From: a virus
Lineage: Duplodnaviria; Caudoviricetes
IMG/VR virus record: IMGVR_UViG_3300020045_002782
Coordinates: 1-55,027 of that record
Direction: 5' to 3' (one strand)
DNA: 55,027 nt
Positions 18,302-26,823 of this stretch are shown here, in pieces (position 1 is the stretch's first letter; every line of letters begins with the position of its first letter). Below the pieces are notes generated by a model, which was not told where the DNA came from, ran no database searches, and was given only the letters and a program-made list of their open reading frames with translations. The position numbers were made by a program, and so were the translations under genes.

Positions 18302-18394
18302 AGTGACAATTTATGTCACTATATGACAATATTGTAACGTGCTAACACGTTGAAATTAAAGAAGTTTCTTCTTTTATGTGACAAAATTTGTCAC
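18302..18394. promoter_or_regulatory. two GTGACA-N5-TGTCAC palindromes (candidate enhancer or operator sites)
   Basis: AGTGACAATTTATGTCACT 18302-18320 and GTGACAAAATTTGTCAC 18378-18394; degenerate copy at 18324. Confidence 0.75.
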
Positions 18395-18479
18395 TTTGCT
18401 ATGCAAAACCTATAGTTACACAATATGCTCGACAGTCTACAACCCGCATTCTATCTACCTTTATACATTATTTATAATG

Positions 18480-18496
18480 TTGGCATAAGAAGTGCT
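18480..18496 (+). promoter_or_regulatory. sigma54-type -24/-12 promoter element
   Basis: TTGGCATAAGAAGTGCT, GG-N10-GC, ~85 bp downstream of the second palindrome. Confidence 0.6.
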
Positions 18497-18560
18497 TTAA
18501 TAATACTGAAAGGAAAAGAAACTTTAAGAAGTAAAATAAAAGTATACAGATTAAAAAATC

Positions 18561-18569
18561 TGCTATAAT
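18561..18569 (+). promoter_or_regulatory. sigma70 extended -10 promoter
   Basis: TGCTATAAT upstream of ATG 18600. Confidence 0.6.
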
Positions 18570-18599
18570 AAACTCAAGTTAAATAAAAGAGATACCGCC

Positions 18600-18770
18600 A
18601 TGAACAAAGCACATTTTAGAGAATACTTCAAGATATCTTTTAAGATGTCTACTAGCAGTTTGTTTAGTTGGCTTGATTTTTACTATGAAGAACCCGACAA
18701 CATGCCAGACCATATAATTGCAGCCTACAAAGCGCAATTAAAAATTAGAGGCATACAATATTATTATTAA
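18600..18770 (+). CDS. small hypothetical protein (not in ORF track)
   Basis: MNKAHFREYFKISF..., 56 aa, first ORF after the promoters. Confidence 0.5.
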   Translation: MNKAHFREYFKISFKMSTSSLFSWLDFYYEEPDNMPDHIIAAYKAQLKIRGIQYYY

Positions 18771-18824
18771 TTGTTTAACCAAGGTATAAGAAAATGAACG
18801 CACAAATTAAATAAAGGGTTAAAG

Positions 18825-19013
18825 ATGAAACAGTCTAAATGGTACGATAATATACCAAAAAAGGGTATAATTTGCTGGGTATGGGATATAGAAGGGTCTG
18901 TTAAAGACTTAACAGTTATCATTGATTATAGTAATGGACTTTTTCTATCCGCTGAAAACGGTTGGAAATTTGCAGAACCAGTTAAGCCAGAAGAATGTTA
19001 CAAAAACAATTAA
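18825..19013 (+). CDS. small hypothetical protein
   Basis: 62 aa, AAGGGT RBS. Confidence 0.6.
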   Translation: MKQSKWYDNIPKKGIICWVWDIEGSVKDLTVIIDYSNGLFLSAENGWKFAEPVKPEECYKNN

Positions 19014-19033
19014 TTTTTAGAAGAGGTGGGACC

Positions 19034-19234
19034 ATGAACAAACAAGTAGCAGAAATGTTAAAAACAATCAATGACAATATCCCAGCCTTACAAGCAGGGG
19101 CAAGTCTGTCTCAAGTTCGCTCCGCAAGTTTTGAAGCTCGTTTACAAGCTAGTATAGAGGCTGACAGGAATACCGGCCACGTTATAGGCGAGAAGTCTAT
19201 AATTGATCCTTGGGCTTTAAACTTTTACAGATAA
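19034..19234 (+). CDS. small hypothetical protein
   Basis: GAGGTGG RBS before MNKQVAE. Confidence 0.6.
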   Translation: MNKQVAEMLKTINDNIPALQAGASLSQVRSASFEARLQASIEADRNTGHVIGEKSIIDPWALNFYR

Positions 19235-19245
19235 GGGGATATAAA

Positions 19246-19428
19246 ATGACTTTAACAAAAGAAGATTTTTTTACAGTCCATAAAGGTTTTAGCGGTAAGC
19301 TTACTTGTCTTATATCTGCAAATATTGTAGTCTATACGCTTAAAGCTTTTCTAAAGCTTAATAATGTGATAATTACATTGTGCGGGCAGGATTACAGCGT
19401 AGACGGTGATACCGTCACTAGGTTATAG
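19246..19428 (+). CDS. small hypothetical protein
   Basis: AGGGG RBS before MTLTKED. Confidence 0.55.
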   Translation: MTLTKEDFFTVHKGFSGKLTCLISANIVVYTLKAFLKLNNVIITLCGQDYSVDGDTVTRL

Positions 19429-19512
19429 ATTAATCGTTTAGGGTATTGTCTATCAGTACCCTAGTCGATAACATCCGTTATCATTAAATTTAAATCTTTT
19501 AGGTGAAAATAT

Positions 19513-20277
19513 ATGAAAAATGCAATCAATTACACTTCTTTGGCTACAACTTCAAACGGTACCCTTAAAGCGGGTATCTGGCTCACTGCTCTAAATGAAG
19601 ATATTGTAAACAATGACATTGTCATAAACAGTTCAACATTACCGGATACAATTGAAATAAAAGTTAATGGTGTTACACATGCACCGAACGTACTACCTTT
19701 ATTAATAGCAGGATTCGAGCGCTGCTATGGTAGCAAGGCACAGCTTACAGTTTCAGAACATGTTAAACTAGCAGAGGCGGGATTTATTACACCGCTTCAA
19801 CAAAACACTACTGTTACAACCACTAAGGAAAAAGGCGCTTTTGGTAATGCTAAAAGCGTATTAACGGCTATACAATACAGTAACAATTGTATTAAGTTGG
19901 GCTTACAAGATAAATCTTTCGACTCTATTGCGGCACTTGTTAGTGAGTACTACTCACTGACAGATAAGGCAACAAAAGCTGATCTACACGAAATGCTGAA
20001 AAGCTTTGTTGATGTATTCACAAATGAATCACAACATGCGACTTTTGTCGAAATGGTACGAGTTGAAGAACTAGCAGCGAAACGTTTTGAAGCCCTAACT
20101 ACAGTCGGTATTATCAATATCAAACAAGTAACTGAAGGTCACTTCAATGCTGATATTCCAATGGCGTATGTATCTCAAGCTGTTCCAGTAATTACTGAGT
20201 CAGGCTTCGACTTGATTGGAACAACAATGTTGCCAGACATGTCAGGAATGCGAGTTTCTTTTAAAGAAACTGTTTAA
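19513..20277 (+). CDS. hypothetical protein (254 aa)
   Basis: AGGTG RBS; followed by a terminator. Confidence 0.8.
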   Translation: MKNAINYTSLATTSNGTLKAGIWLTALNEDIVNNDIVINSSTLPDTIEIKVNGVTHAPNVLPLLIAGFERCYGSKAQLTVSEHVKLAEAGFITPLQQNTTVTTTKEKGAFGNAKSVLTAIQYSNNCIKLGLQDKSFDSIAALVSEYYSLTDKATKADLHEMLKSFVDVFTNESQHATFVEMVRVEELAAKRFEALTTVGIINIKQVTEGHFNADIPMAYVSQAVPVITESGFDLIGTTMLPDMSGMRVSFKETV

Positions 20278-20290
20278 ACTATAAGCACTA

Positions 20291-20320
20291 TGAGAGGGTA
20301 TACTCTGCCCTCTCACTTTT
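20291..20320 (+). terminator. intrinsic terminator
   Basis: TGAGAGGG...CCCTCTCA then CTTTT. Confidence 0.65.
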
Positions 20321-20341
20321 AATCTATTCTATGAGGTTCCC

Positions 20342-20545
20342 ATGTCAGACGATGAATTGAAGAAAGCAATAAATAAACATTTTGTTTATAAAAACTGTGC
20401 ATGTTGTGGTTATGTCATGACACAAAATGAACAAAATGAAGGTAATCTATTTTGCTTCGATTGTGTTAATGAACAGAGCGACAATAGTACGCATGAGGTT
20501 AACCCTATAGACTTTGACAATGAGGGTGGCTATGATGAAAACTAA
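20342..20545 (+). CDS. small Zn-ribbon-like protein
   Basis: CACC..CFDC; GAGGT RBS. Confidence 0.6.
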   Translation: MSDDELKKAINKHFVYKNCACCGYVMTQNEQNEGNLFCFDCVNEQSDNSTHEVNPIDFDNEGGYDEN

Positions 20546-21017
20546 TAAAGCTTATACATTGTTCGCACCCATGTATAACGTACCGATTACAGTCTACGCA
20601 CCTAATAAGCATATCGCAAGCGGGCGTGTCCGTCACATGCTTGGATTGCGTGATAATGAGAAACTCATTAGACTAGGGGCAAATTTATGAAAACATTCGT
20701 CTATACAGTATACGGCTATACTGCAATAGTATTGCTTCATATTATTATTAATATGTTCCAGCTTTTCTACAATTTTAAAAGAGGTACTCGCCATGATTGA
20801 TTATATTATATTCATGCTTGCATGGATTGCAGCAAGCATAGTTGCAGTTGCTTGGTTCTCTTCATGGCCTAGGGATAAGTCATGAAAGCATATATTATTG
20901 AATGCAAAGTTACTGGATACATTCATATCGTGCAAGCGTCTAGCCGCGATCATGTGAATGCTGAACTTAATAACCTTGGCATACATGCCAAGAATGTCTA
21001 CATTAGAGGCGCCCGAC

Positions 21018-21218
21018 ATGGTAACTAAAGAGCAAGCTCTTACAGAGCAATACTTTACAACGCTATACAATGGGCGTGTTATACGTTGGCGTGCCGATGG
21101 TGCATGTATGACATGGAAGCGAGACAATACGCGCTTTAGACTACCTGTAAAGCATGGTATATATAGCTACAGCTATATAAATGAAACTAATGCGCATTTG
21201 TTTACGGTGGCACCATGA
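21018..21218 (+). CDS. small hypothetical protein
   Basis: GAGG RBS before MVTKEQA. Confidence 0.6.
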   Translation: MVTKEQALTEQYFTTLYNGRVIRWRADGACMTWKRDNTRFRLPVKHGIYSYSYINETNAHLFTVAP

Positions 21219-21436
21219 GTGCACGTATTACTAAAGCACATGTGCAAGCACGACTTGATACACTTAACGAGTTAGTACCGGGTAAAGGTCTGTATCTCAA
21301 TGGTGCCTATGGTGGTTATACCGTATACGAAAAGAATGGTAATAACTTCTTTCAATCTGGCTATGTATCACTACGTGATATACACATGTATATCGGTATC
21401 GCTGTTCGTATTGCATACATGTTAAAGGATAAGTGA
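21215..21436 (+). CDS. small hypothetical protein
   Basis: ATGA overlap; 73 aa. Confidence 0.65.
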   Translation: MSARITKAHVQARLDTLNELVPGKGLYLNGAYGGYTVYEKNGNNFFQSGYVSLRDIHMYIGIAVRIAYMLKDK

Positions 21437-21513
21437 TACACATATGTATACATAAAGTCAGAGCATAGGTTATAAGCAAAGCTTATACTCTGACTTGTTT
21501 ATAGGCTTATCTA

Positions 21514-21530
21514 TGCATATACTGTGCCAA
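21514..21530 (-). promoter_or_regulatory. sigma54-type -24/-12 element facing the small-gene cassette
   Basis: Minus strand TTGGCACAGTATATGCA, GG-N10-GC. Confidence 0.55.
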
Positions 21531-22012
21531 GGAGAAAGGTACTACCTGAGTGTGACTATGTAAGCGTAGTGGTAACAGGGCGACCAAGGGTACATATAGA
21601 GTTTTCCGGAACTTTGCCCTATACTAAATACTACACTGTACAGTGTAGATACATATACGCTACAGGCAATGTTGAATTCTCTATTATATATATATATATT
21701 TAATATAAGAGTGTGTATGCACAAGGTCTCTACTACATGCAAGCATATTGCATAGTTATATGTTCTATAGATATACATGCAAAGCAGTCTACATTCAGGA
21801 CGTACACCACATTCCGCTTCGCTACATTCGCCACGGCCTAGGTGCCATATAGTGTATATGTTGCTTGGGCTAGAGTACGTATAGGTCTATAGAGTTGTAT
21901 ACAAAATTATAGACTTTGCATTAAGATGCTATGAGTATAGAGGTAAATATGTGATATGGTAGAGCGTAAACTTTAATATTGGTCAATTTTACAGGATATG
22001 GATACGGGGCTA

Positions 22013-22083
22013 TAAGTGCTTGATTTTAAAGGGAAATCCGGGAAAAAAGTATACAATTTGCCTCGAATAGTATACAATTTGCC
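22013..22083. repeat. candidate origin: IHF-type box plus two 15-bp direct repeats at 21-bp period
   Basis: TAAGTGCTTGATT 22013-22025; AGTATACAATTTGCC at 22048-22062 and 22069-22083. Confidence 0.65.
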
Positions 22084-22129
22084 CATCAGAAACCGTGCCA
22101 ACTGTTGTGAGAAATAAGATTTATTTTAG

Positions 22130-22158
22130 TAGACTTCTGTATCGTATTTTGTTATAAT
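22130..22158 (+). promoter_or_regulatory. sigma70 promoter of the rep gene
   Basis: TAGACT-17 nt-TATAAT with TG extension. Confidence 0.7.
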
Positions 22159-22193
22159 TTCCTTTCTTTTGATTACAAAATACAATACAGAAT

Positions 22194-22889
22194 ATGATGA
22201 ATAGTAAACAGGTGATATTGAAGCATGACCAGTTGCAGAATTTGAGTAGTAGGTTTGAAAGTATAGATGAACAGAGGTTCTTGAATAGTTGTTTAATTGA
22301 TGTATATCAAAGAGATTTATTAGATAGGGAAAGCTACTACCCTGTAGATATAAATAACTATGCCAGTAAACAAAATATTTCTCTAGGTAAAGCTTATCAA
22401 GAACTAAAACAATTTGCGGAGAGGTTTACAGAGTCTTTAAAAATAGAACTTCCTACAGGCGAAACCTGGGTAACGCGTCTTATTTATAGTTATAAATACG
22501 ATGATAGTAATATAAGTCTCTCCATAAGATTTAACGAAGAGATTATCCCATACATATCAGGAGATATGCCTAAAGGAGAATTCTGTACATATAACGCAAG
22601 ACTAGATACAGTCCCAAGTAACCGTAGGTATCTTATGGGAGAGCTTATTCAAAGAAATCTATATAAACTCTCTAAGGAAGGTAAGTTTATTCTATCAATC
22701 CCATCTATAAGATATGCGTTAAACCTGAAAGAAGGTGAATATAAAGTATATTCAGGGCTATACCAACGGGTTATAAAAGAAACTCTAGTAGATTTAGCTG
22801 AGCTAAGTAATATATACCTATCAGTATCAAAGAGATCTATTGGTGTTATATTTACGAAGGTCTCGAAGGAAGAATTCTATGCAAAGTAA
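22194..22889 (+). CDS. plasmid-type replication initiator, Rep_3/RepB family
   Basis: V.K..L..L...EQR, AYQELK..AERF, IRFNEEIIPYI, F..Y, IRYALNL..Y..Y..L..RVIK pattern of tandem winged-helix initiators. Confidence 0.75.
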   Translation: MMNSKQVILKHDQLQNLSSRFESIDEQRFLNSCLIDVYQRDLLDRESYYPVDINNYASKQNISLGKAYQELKQFAERFTESLKIELPTGETWVTRLIYSYKYDDSNISLSIRFNEEIIPYISGDMPKGEFCTYNARLDTVPSNRRYLMGELIQRNLYKLSKEGKFILSIPSIRYALNLKEGEYKVYSGLYQRVIKETLVDLAELSNIYLSVSKRSIGVIFTKVSKEEFYAK

Positions 22890-23454
22890 TGTGTATAAGA
22901 TCACTGAAAGTGACATGTGTGTGAGCAATTTAAGTAAATTCCCTTACAATAAAGTTCTTCAGTGGAAGTGGGGAACAGAAGTCTATATAGTAAAAGGACT
23001 ATGCTGCCCTATTAAAGATATAATAAAGCTTTATAGAGCTGAAAAGATAAGTCTGCTAGAAGGTATTCAAGAAATATATAAGTATAGGGATGCGGTTAAA
23101 ACAGAGAAGCCTATCTACTTTAATAAGAAAGGTTGGTATGATATGAAGGTTTTTAGAGAACTTCCAGGGAATGAGGAGTTGCTAAAAGCACATGAGGAAA
23201 GACTAGCTAAAGCTAGGGAAAATGTTCTTAGTGAGAAGCTCAAGAGAGAGATAGAGCTGGCAAGAGAAGTTCTCCAGAGGTTTGAGAGAAGAGAAAGATT
23301 CCATGCCTTTATCGCGGATAAACCTTCTATAGAACTTTCAGAGCTTAAAGAGTATGCTAGAAAGGATGGATTGACTAGAGTATCACTAGATGTGCTAAAC
23401 TATGCTTATGGTATAAAGCTTGTTAAGGTTACAGGAGGATATAAAGTAAAGTAG
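22879..23454 (+). CDS. hypothetical protein
   Basis: Overlaps rep stop; charged helical C-terminal half. Confidence 0.7.
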   Translation: MQSNVYKITESDMCVSNLSKFPYNKVLQWKWGTEVYIVKGLCCPIKDIIKLYRAEKISLLEGIQEIYKYRDAVKTEKPIYFNKKGWYDMKVFRELPGNEELLKAHEERLAKARENVLSEKLKREIELAREVLQRFERRERFHAFIADKPSIELSELKEYARKDGLTRVSLDVLNYAYGIKLVKVTGGYKVK

Positions 23455-23495
23455 ACACGTCCTTGTGACTACAGTGTACCTATTATCTATAGTAT

Positions 23496-23993
23496 CTATA
23501 GTATAACTATAGGTACAATAATACTTCTATCAAAAGTTTCAATTTTACCATCACTTCGTGTAACTGTAGTTGAGTTTGTAAGTAGAAATTCTGTAAGAGT
23601 GTTATCTACTATAGCAACCTTACATATACTAGAGACTGTGTTAAAACTCTCATTCGTTATCGTAAGACCTAAACCATTCCATGATGATGCTGTAATCACA
23701 TCACCATACCGAAGCATTAGATTATAAGCAATTGCTTTCCACTTTATGCTAACATCAACTGTAGCTGAACCTATAGTTTTATTAAAAATAGGTTCACTTG
23801 CCCCACTAACACCTGGATTAGCACAAACATAGTAAAAACCATTAGTAATAGTAGGGACTATTAAGTCCCCCACAAGATATTCCTTAGAGGCTTCCCAAAT
23901 ATCAGGACGGTAATTGAAGGTATAATATATACCTTCATTACCATCATGAGCTTCTTTAAGTCTAAGAGGTTTCTTACTATTAGTAATATACAT
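23496..23993 (-). CDS. virion accessory protein with CBM5/12-like insert
   Basis: WEASKEYLVGDLIVPT..NGFYYVC..G.SG..EP..W motif. Confidence 0.6.
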   Translation of the reverse strand: MYITNSKKPLRLKEAHDGNEGIYYTFNYRPDIWEASKEYLVGDLIVPTITNGFYYVCANPGVSGASEPIFNKTIGSATVDVSIKWKAIAYNLMLRYGDVITASSWNGLGLTITNESFNTVSSICKVAIVDNTLTEFLLTNSTTVTRSDGKIETFDRSIIVPIVIL

Positions 23994-23995
23994 AA

Positions 23996-24358
23996 TTATA
24001 CTGGGTCAGCTATTTCACGTTTCCAAGCAGGGATAGTCACAGTTCCTCCAGATGTAAGAGCTTGGCTCGTACATGTAGTAGCTACCCAATCTACCCCATC
24101 GTCTAAAGATACGTGTGTAGCTGCACCTGTAGCTGTTATAGCTACAGAAGCTTTCTGTACTGTAGTAGATTTTCTACCAGAGGTATCACCATTAGCAATT
24201 GTATAATCCCCACCTGCCATAGTTACAGAAGCAAGCTTAAGGTTAGTTGTTATATCTAAGATAGATGTAGGTTCTCCGGTTAATACAGACATACGCGTAT
24301 TAGTACCATGTTTAGTCAACCCGCCATCCATCATAGCATCTGTCATCATCTTCGCCAT
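23996..24358 (-). CDS. putative virion structural protein
   Basis: Thr/Gly/Ala-rich beta protein in fibre operon. Confidence 0.65.
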   Translation of the reverse strand: MAKMMTDAMMDGGLTKHGTNTRMSVLTGEPTSILDITTNLKLASVTMAGGDYTIANGDTSGRKSTTVQKASVAITATGAATHVSLDDGVDWVATTCTSQALTSGGTVTIPAWKREIADPV

Positions 24359-24577
24359 TTATACTACCTCATTTAAAGTTACTTGTGAAATATCAGCTAC
24401 TTCAAGAATAATATCACTTTCTTTAGGAGTTCCTGTAGGAATAATTCCATCAGTATCTTTAACCCACCCTGCTCTACACCAGAAATCTGCTAAACTATCA
24501 TCCACTACAGCAATCTCACCTACATAGTAAGTGTCAATACCATACTTAAATTCTTTTAAAACTTCTACTTTTTTCAT
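24359..24577 (-). CDS. hypothetical protein
   Basis: AGGT RBS; 72 aa. Confidence 0.65.
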   Translation of the reverse strand: MKKVEVLKEFKYGIDTYYVGEIAVVDDSLADFWCRAGWVKDTDGIIPTGTPKESDIILEVADISQVTLNEVV

Positions 24578-24591
24578 ACTTGTACCTATTG

Positions 24592-26436
24592 TTAAAAAAT
24601 AAATATATTTCTGTTTTCACCAAGGATATAGATTGTTCTTCCCTTAACACTTACACTTATAGCTCCATTTAAAAGGTTTAGATTTTGTAGAAACTGTGTA
24701 TTATTAATATCACTAACTATTAATATAAAATTCTGTGATAGATCTATATTAGCTAGATTATCATTTTGCAAAATACCTTGCATCAATAATACATTAGCTT
24801 GTACTAAAGCTAAAGAAGATATATTTTGCTCTTGCTGTAAACTTTGTGCACTTAATACAACTGATGTTGATATTGTTATATTTTCTAAAGTTTGTGTAGA
24901 AAATATACTTTGTACTTGTAATATAGATGCTTGTACCAATCCTAGAGAATTAAGTAATTCTGTAACAGCTAAATTATTTACTACTAAAATATTCTGTTGC
25001 ACTAAACTTAGGCTGTTTAGCACATGTGTTTGATCTATAGGCACTATAGATAATACAACCCCACTTGCTAATACAGTATTGTCTAGTGTATGTAATTGTT
25101 CTACAGGAGAAACAATTAAATTATTCTGTTGTGTTAACGAGATAGCATCTACTATTTGATTATGTGAAAGTATGTCCGTAGATAACGTATTTCCCTGGTG
25201 TAAAGTCGCAGGGGATAAATTTTGTGATTGATTTAAATTATCTTGCGTTAGTATATTCTCTTGAACTATACCAAAAGAATCTAAATTTTGCACCTGATTT
25301 AAATTATTTTGCACTAATATGTTACCTTCTGCAAGTGTAACATTATCTAATAGTAATGTTTGTAAAATACTATCAATAGCTACTATATTACCTTGAGTTA
25401 AAGTGGTATTAGCTAATACATGTGTATTTAATATTTGTGAAATTATTAATAAATGCTGTTGAATTAAATTAATATTTTGTAATACCTGTGTACATGTTAT
25501 AGCTTCTACAGATAAAATATTTTGTGAAATTAATGTAGGGATGCTAAATACTTGCTCTTGAGACAAATTCTGATTATCTATCAGGTTTTGCTGAACTAAG
25601 TTTAAATTTTCTAAATTTTGAACATTGGTATGGTTAGATATACTAAGTATATTCTGTTGTACCAGTACAATATTGCCTACGGGTTGTTGTTGAGTAATAT
25701 TTTCTAGTGTAAGTGTTGTAGATCCCCCACCCAACGGCAAAAAATAAACTGGAAACCTCGATGGCGTTGAGTATAACTGCCACGGATTGCTATAAAATGA
25801 TCTAGCGTCCTCTGCTGTTAAAACCGTTTTAAATATACCAGTATATTCTATGTCGCCAACAAAATCATTAGTATAACTAGGGGCAGCCTGACAGCCTATA
25901 TTTAAATTACCTGTGTCTGTCGTTGAAGCATTGTTAGAGCCAGCGCCTCTAGTTAAGTTTCCTAACAATACTCCGTTTTTATAGACAGTAGCGACACCGT
26001 TGTCCATAGTGACAACGACAGACACCCTTGTGTTTGCTTGGAATAAACCAGTAAAATTTTCAGCATACCAATCGGCTGAACTACCAGAAGGATAGATAAA
26101 TATCGCAGATGGATAGTTGTAGCCTTGACAAATACCAAAATAAGAAGAAGGCCCACCTTTTGTTAACAAAGACGCTCTATTAGTGAGCGATGCTGACGGT
26201 GTGCCAACCCATACCATCGACCATTGAGTGATACCTTCAAATCCAGCATATCTGCCAAATTTTGGATTTGCACCGCTTGCCCCTAATCGCAATTTACCAG
26301 AAGCTATAGTTTCTCGTGATCCTCTTGTAAAAGGCGTAGTACCGGCAGCAAATTGCCCGATTAAGTGTTTAAACAGCGGGTGGCTTACGTTTTCGCGTAC
26401 TAATTGTTGCGGGTTTTTATTGGCCGAATAAGTCAT
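24592..26436 (-). CDS. fibre-like protein: N-terminal LamG/ConA-like domain + 16 x 22-aa repeats
   Basis: VVVTMD..VYKNG..LNIG..FVGDIE..LT lectin-fold pattern; 22-residue period ending in QQN/QGN. Confidence 0.75.
   Translation of the reverse strand: MTYSANKNPQQLVRENVSHPLFKHLIGQFAAGTTPFTRGSRETIASGKLRLGASGANPKFGRYAGFEGITQWSMVWVGTPSASLTNRASLLTKGGPSSYFGICQGYNYPSAIFIYPSGSSADWYAENFTGLFQANTRVSVVVTMDNGVATVYKNGVLLGNLTRGAGSNNASTTDTGNLNIGCQAAPSYTNDFVGDIEYTGIFKTVLTAEDARSFYSNPWQLYSTPSRFPVYFLPLGGGSTTLTLENITQQQPVGNIVLVQQNILSISNHTNVQNLENLNLVQQNLIDNQNLSQEQVFSIPTLISQNILSVEAITCTQVLQNINLIQQHLLIISQILNTHVLANTTLTQGNIVAIDSILQTLLLDNVTLAEGNILVQNNLNQVQNLDSFGIVQENILTQDNLNQSQNLSPATLHQGNTLSTDILSHNQIVDAISLTQQNNLIVSPVEQLHTLDNTVLASGVVLSIVPIDQTHVLNSLSLVQQNILVVNNLAVTELLNSLGLVQASILQVQSIFSTQTLENITISTSVVLSAQSLQQEQNISSLALVQANVLLMQGILQNDNLANIDLSQNFILIVSDINNTQFLQNLNLLNGAISVSVKGRTIYILGENRNIFIF
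24661..25716 (-). repeat. 16 degenerate 66-bp (22-aa) coding repeats
   Basis: e.g. ILSISNHTNVQNLENLNLVQQN, ILVQNNLNQVQNLDSFGIVQEN; uninterrupted register. Confidence 0.85.
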
Positions 26437-26823
26437 TTAGGCAATACTGTTAGCTACTGATATATCAGCCTCAACTGTAACGCTTTGGGCTGTGTTACCT
26501 TTAAATTCAATTTCTAGCGACATTACTTCAATTCCAAATACGTAGTTTCCCTCGGTAATGTCATTGTTAGCAGTACTTCCACTAATTGAGTATACAGTTT
26601 TCCAGTTAGCTCCAGCACTTCCCGCTGCGGGGGCTGTACCAGCATGCGCAACTAAAACATTAGCAACACATTGCTCACCTGGTCCTGTTGCGCCATTAGT
26701 CATTTTAAACGTTAGTATTCCGCCTAAGTGAGTCCCAAGGCTAACCACTCCCCGCGTTGTTGATCCTGCAGTATTAGCAACCGACGCAACTACAGATGAC
26801 CCCGTTTTAGTTGCTGATGCCAT
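26437..26823 (-). CDS. putative fibre-associated beta-sandwich protein
   Basis: 128 aa, abuts fibre gene. Confidence 0.65.
   Translation of the reverse strand: MASATKTGSSVVASVANTAGSTTRGVVSLGTHLGGILTFKMTNGATGPGEQCVANVLVAHAGTAPAAGSAGANWKTVYSISGSTANNDITEGNYVFGIEVMSLEIEFKGNTAQSVTVEADISVANSIA

Noticed and set aside
17645-18400. CRISPR mini-array
   Set aside because: Repeats are short, irregularly spaced and not separated by uniform spacers
21542-21778. Minus-strand ORFs at 21297-21479 and 21542-21778 as targets of the reverse sigma54 boxes
   Set aside because: Low-complexity Tyr/Ile/Cys-rich translations of TA-repeat DNA with no RBS
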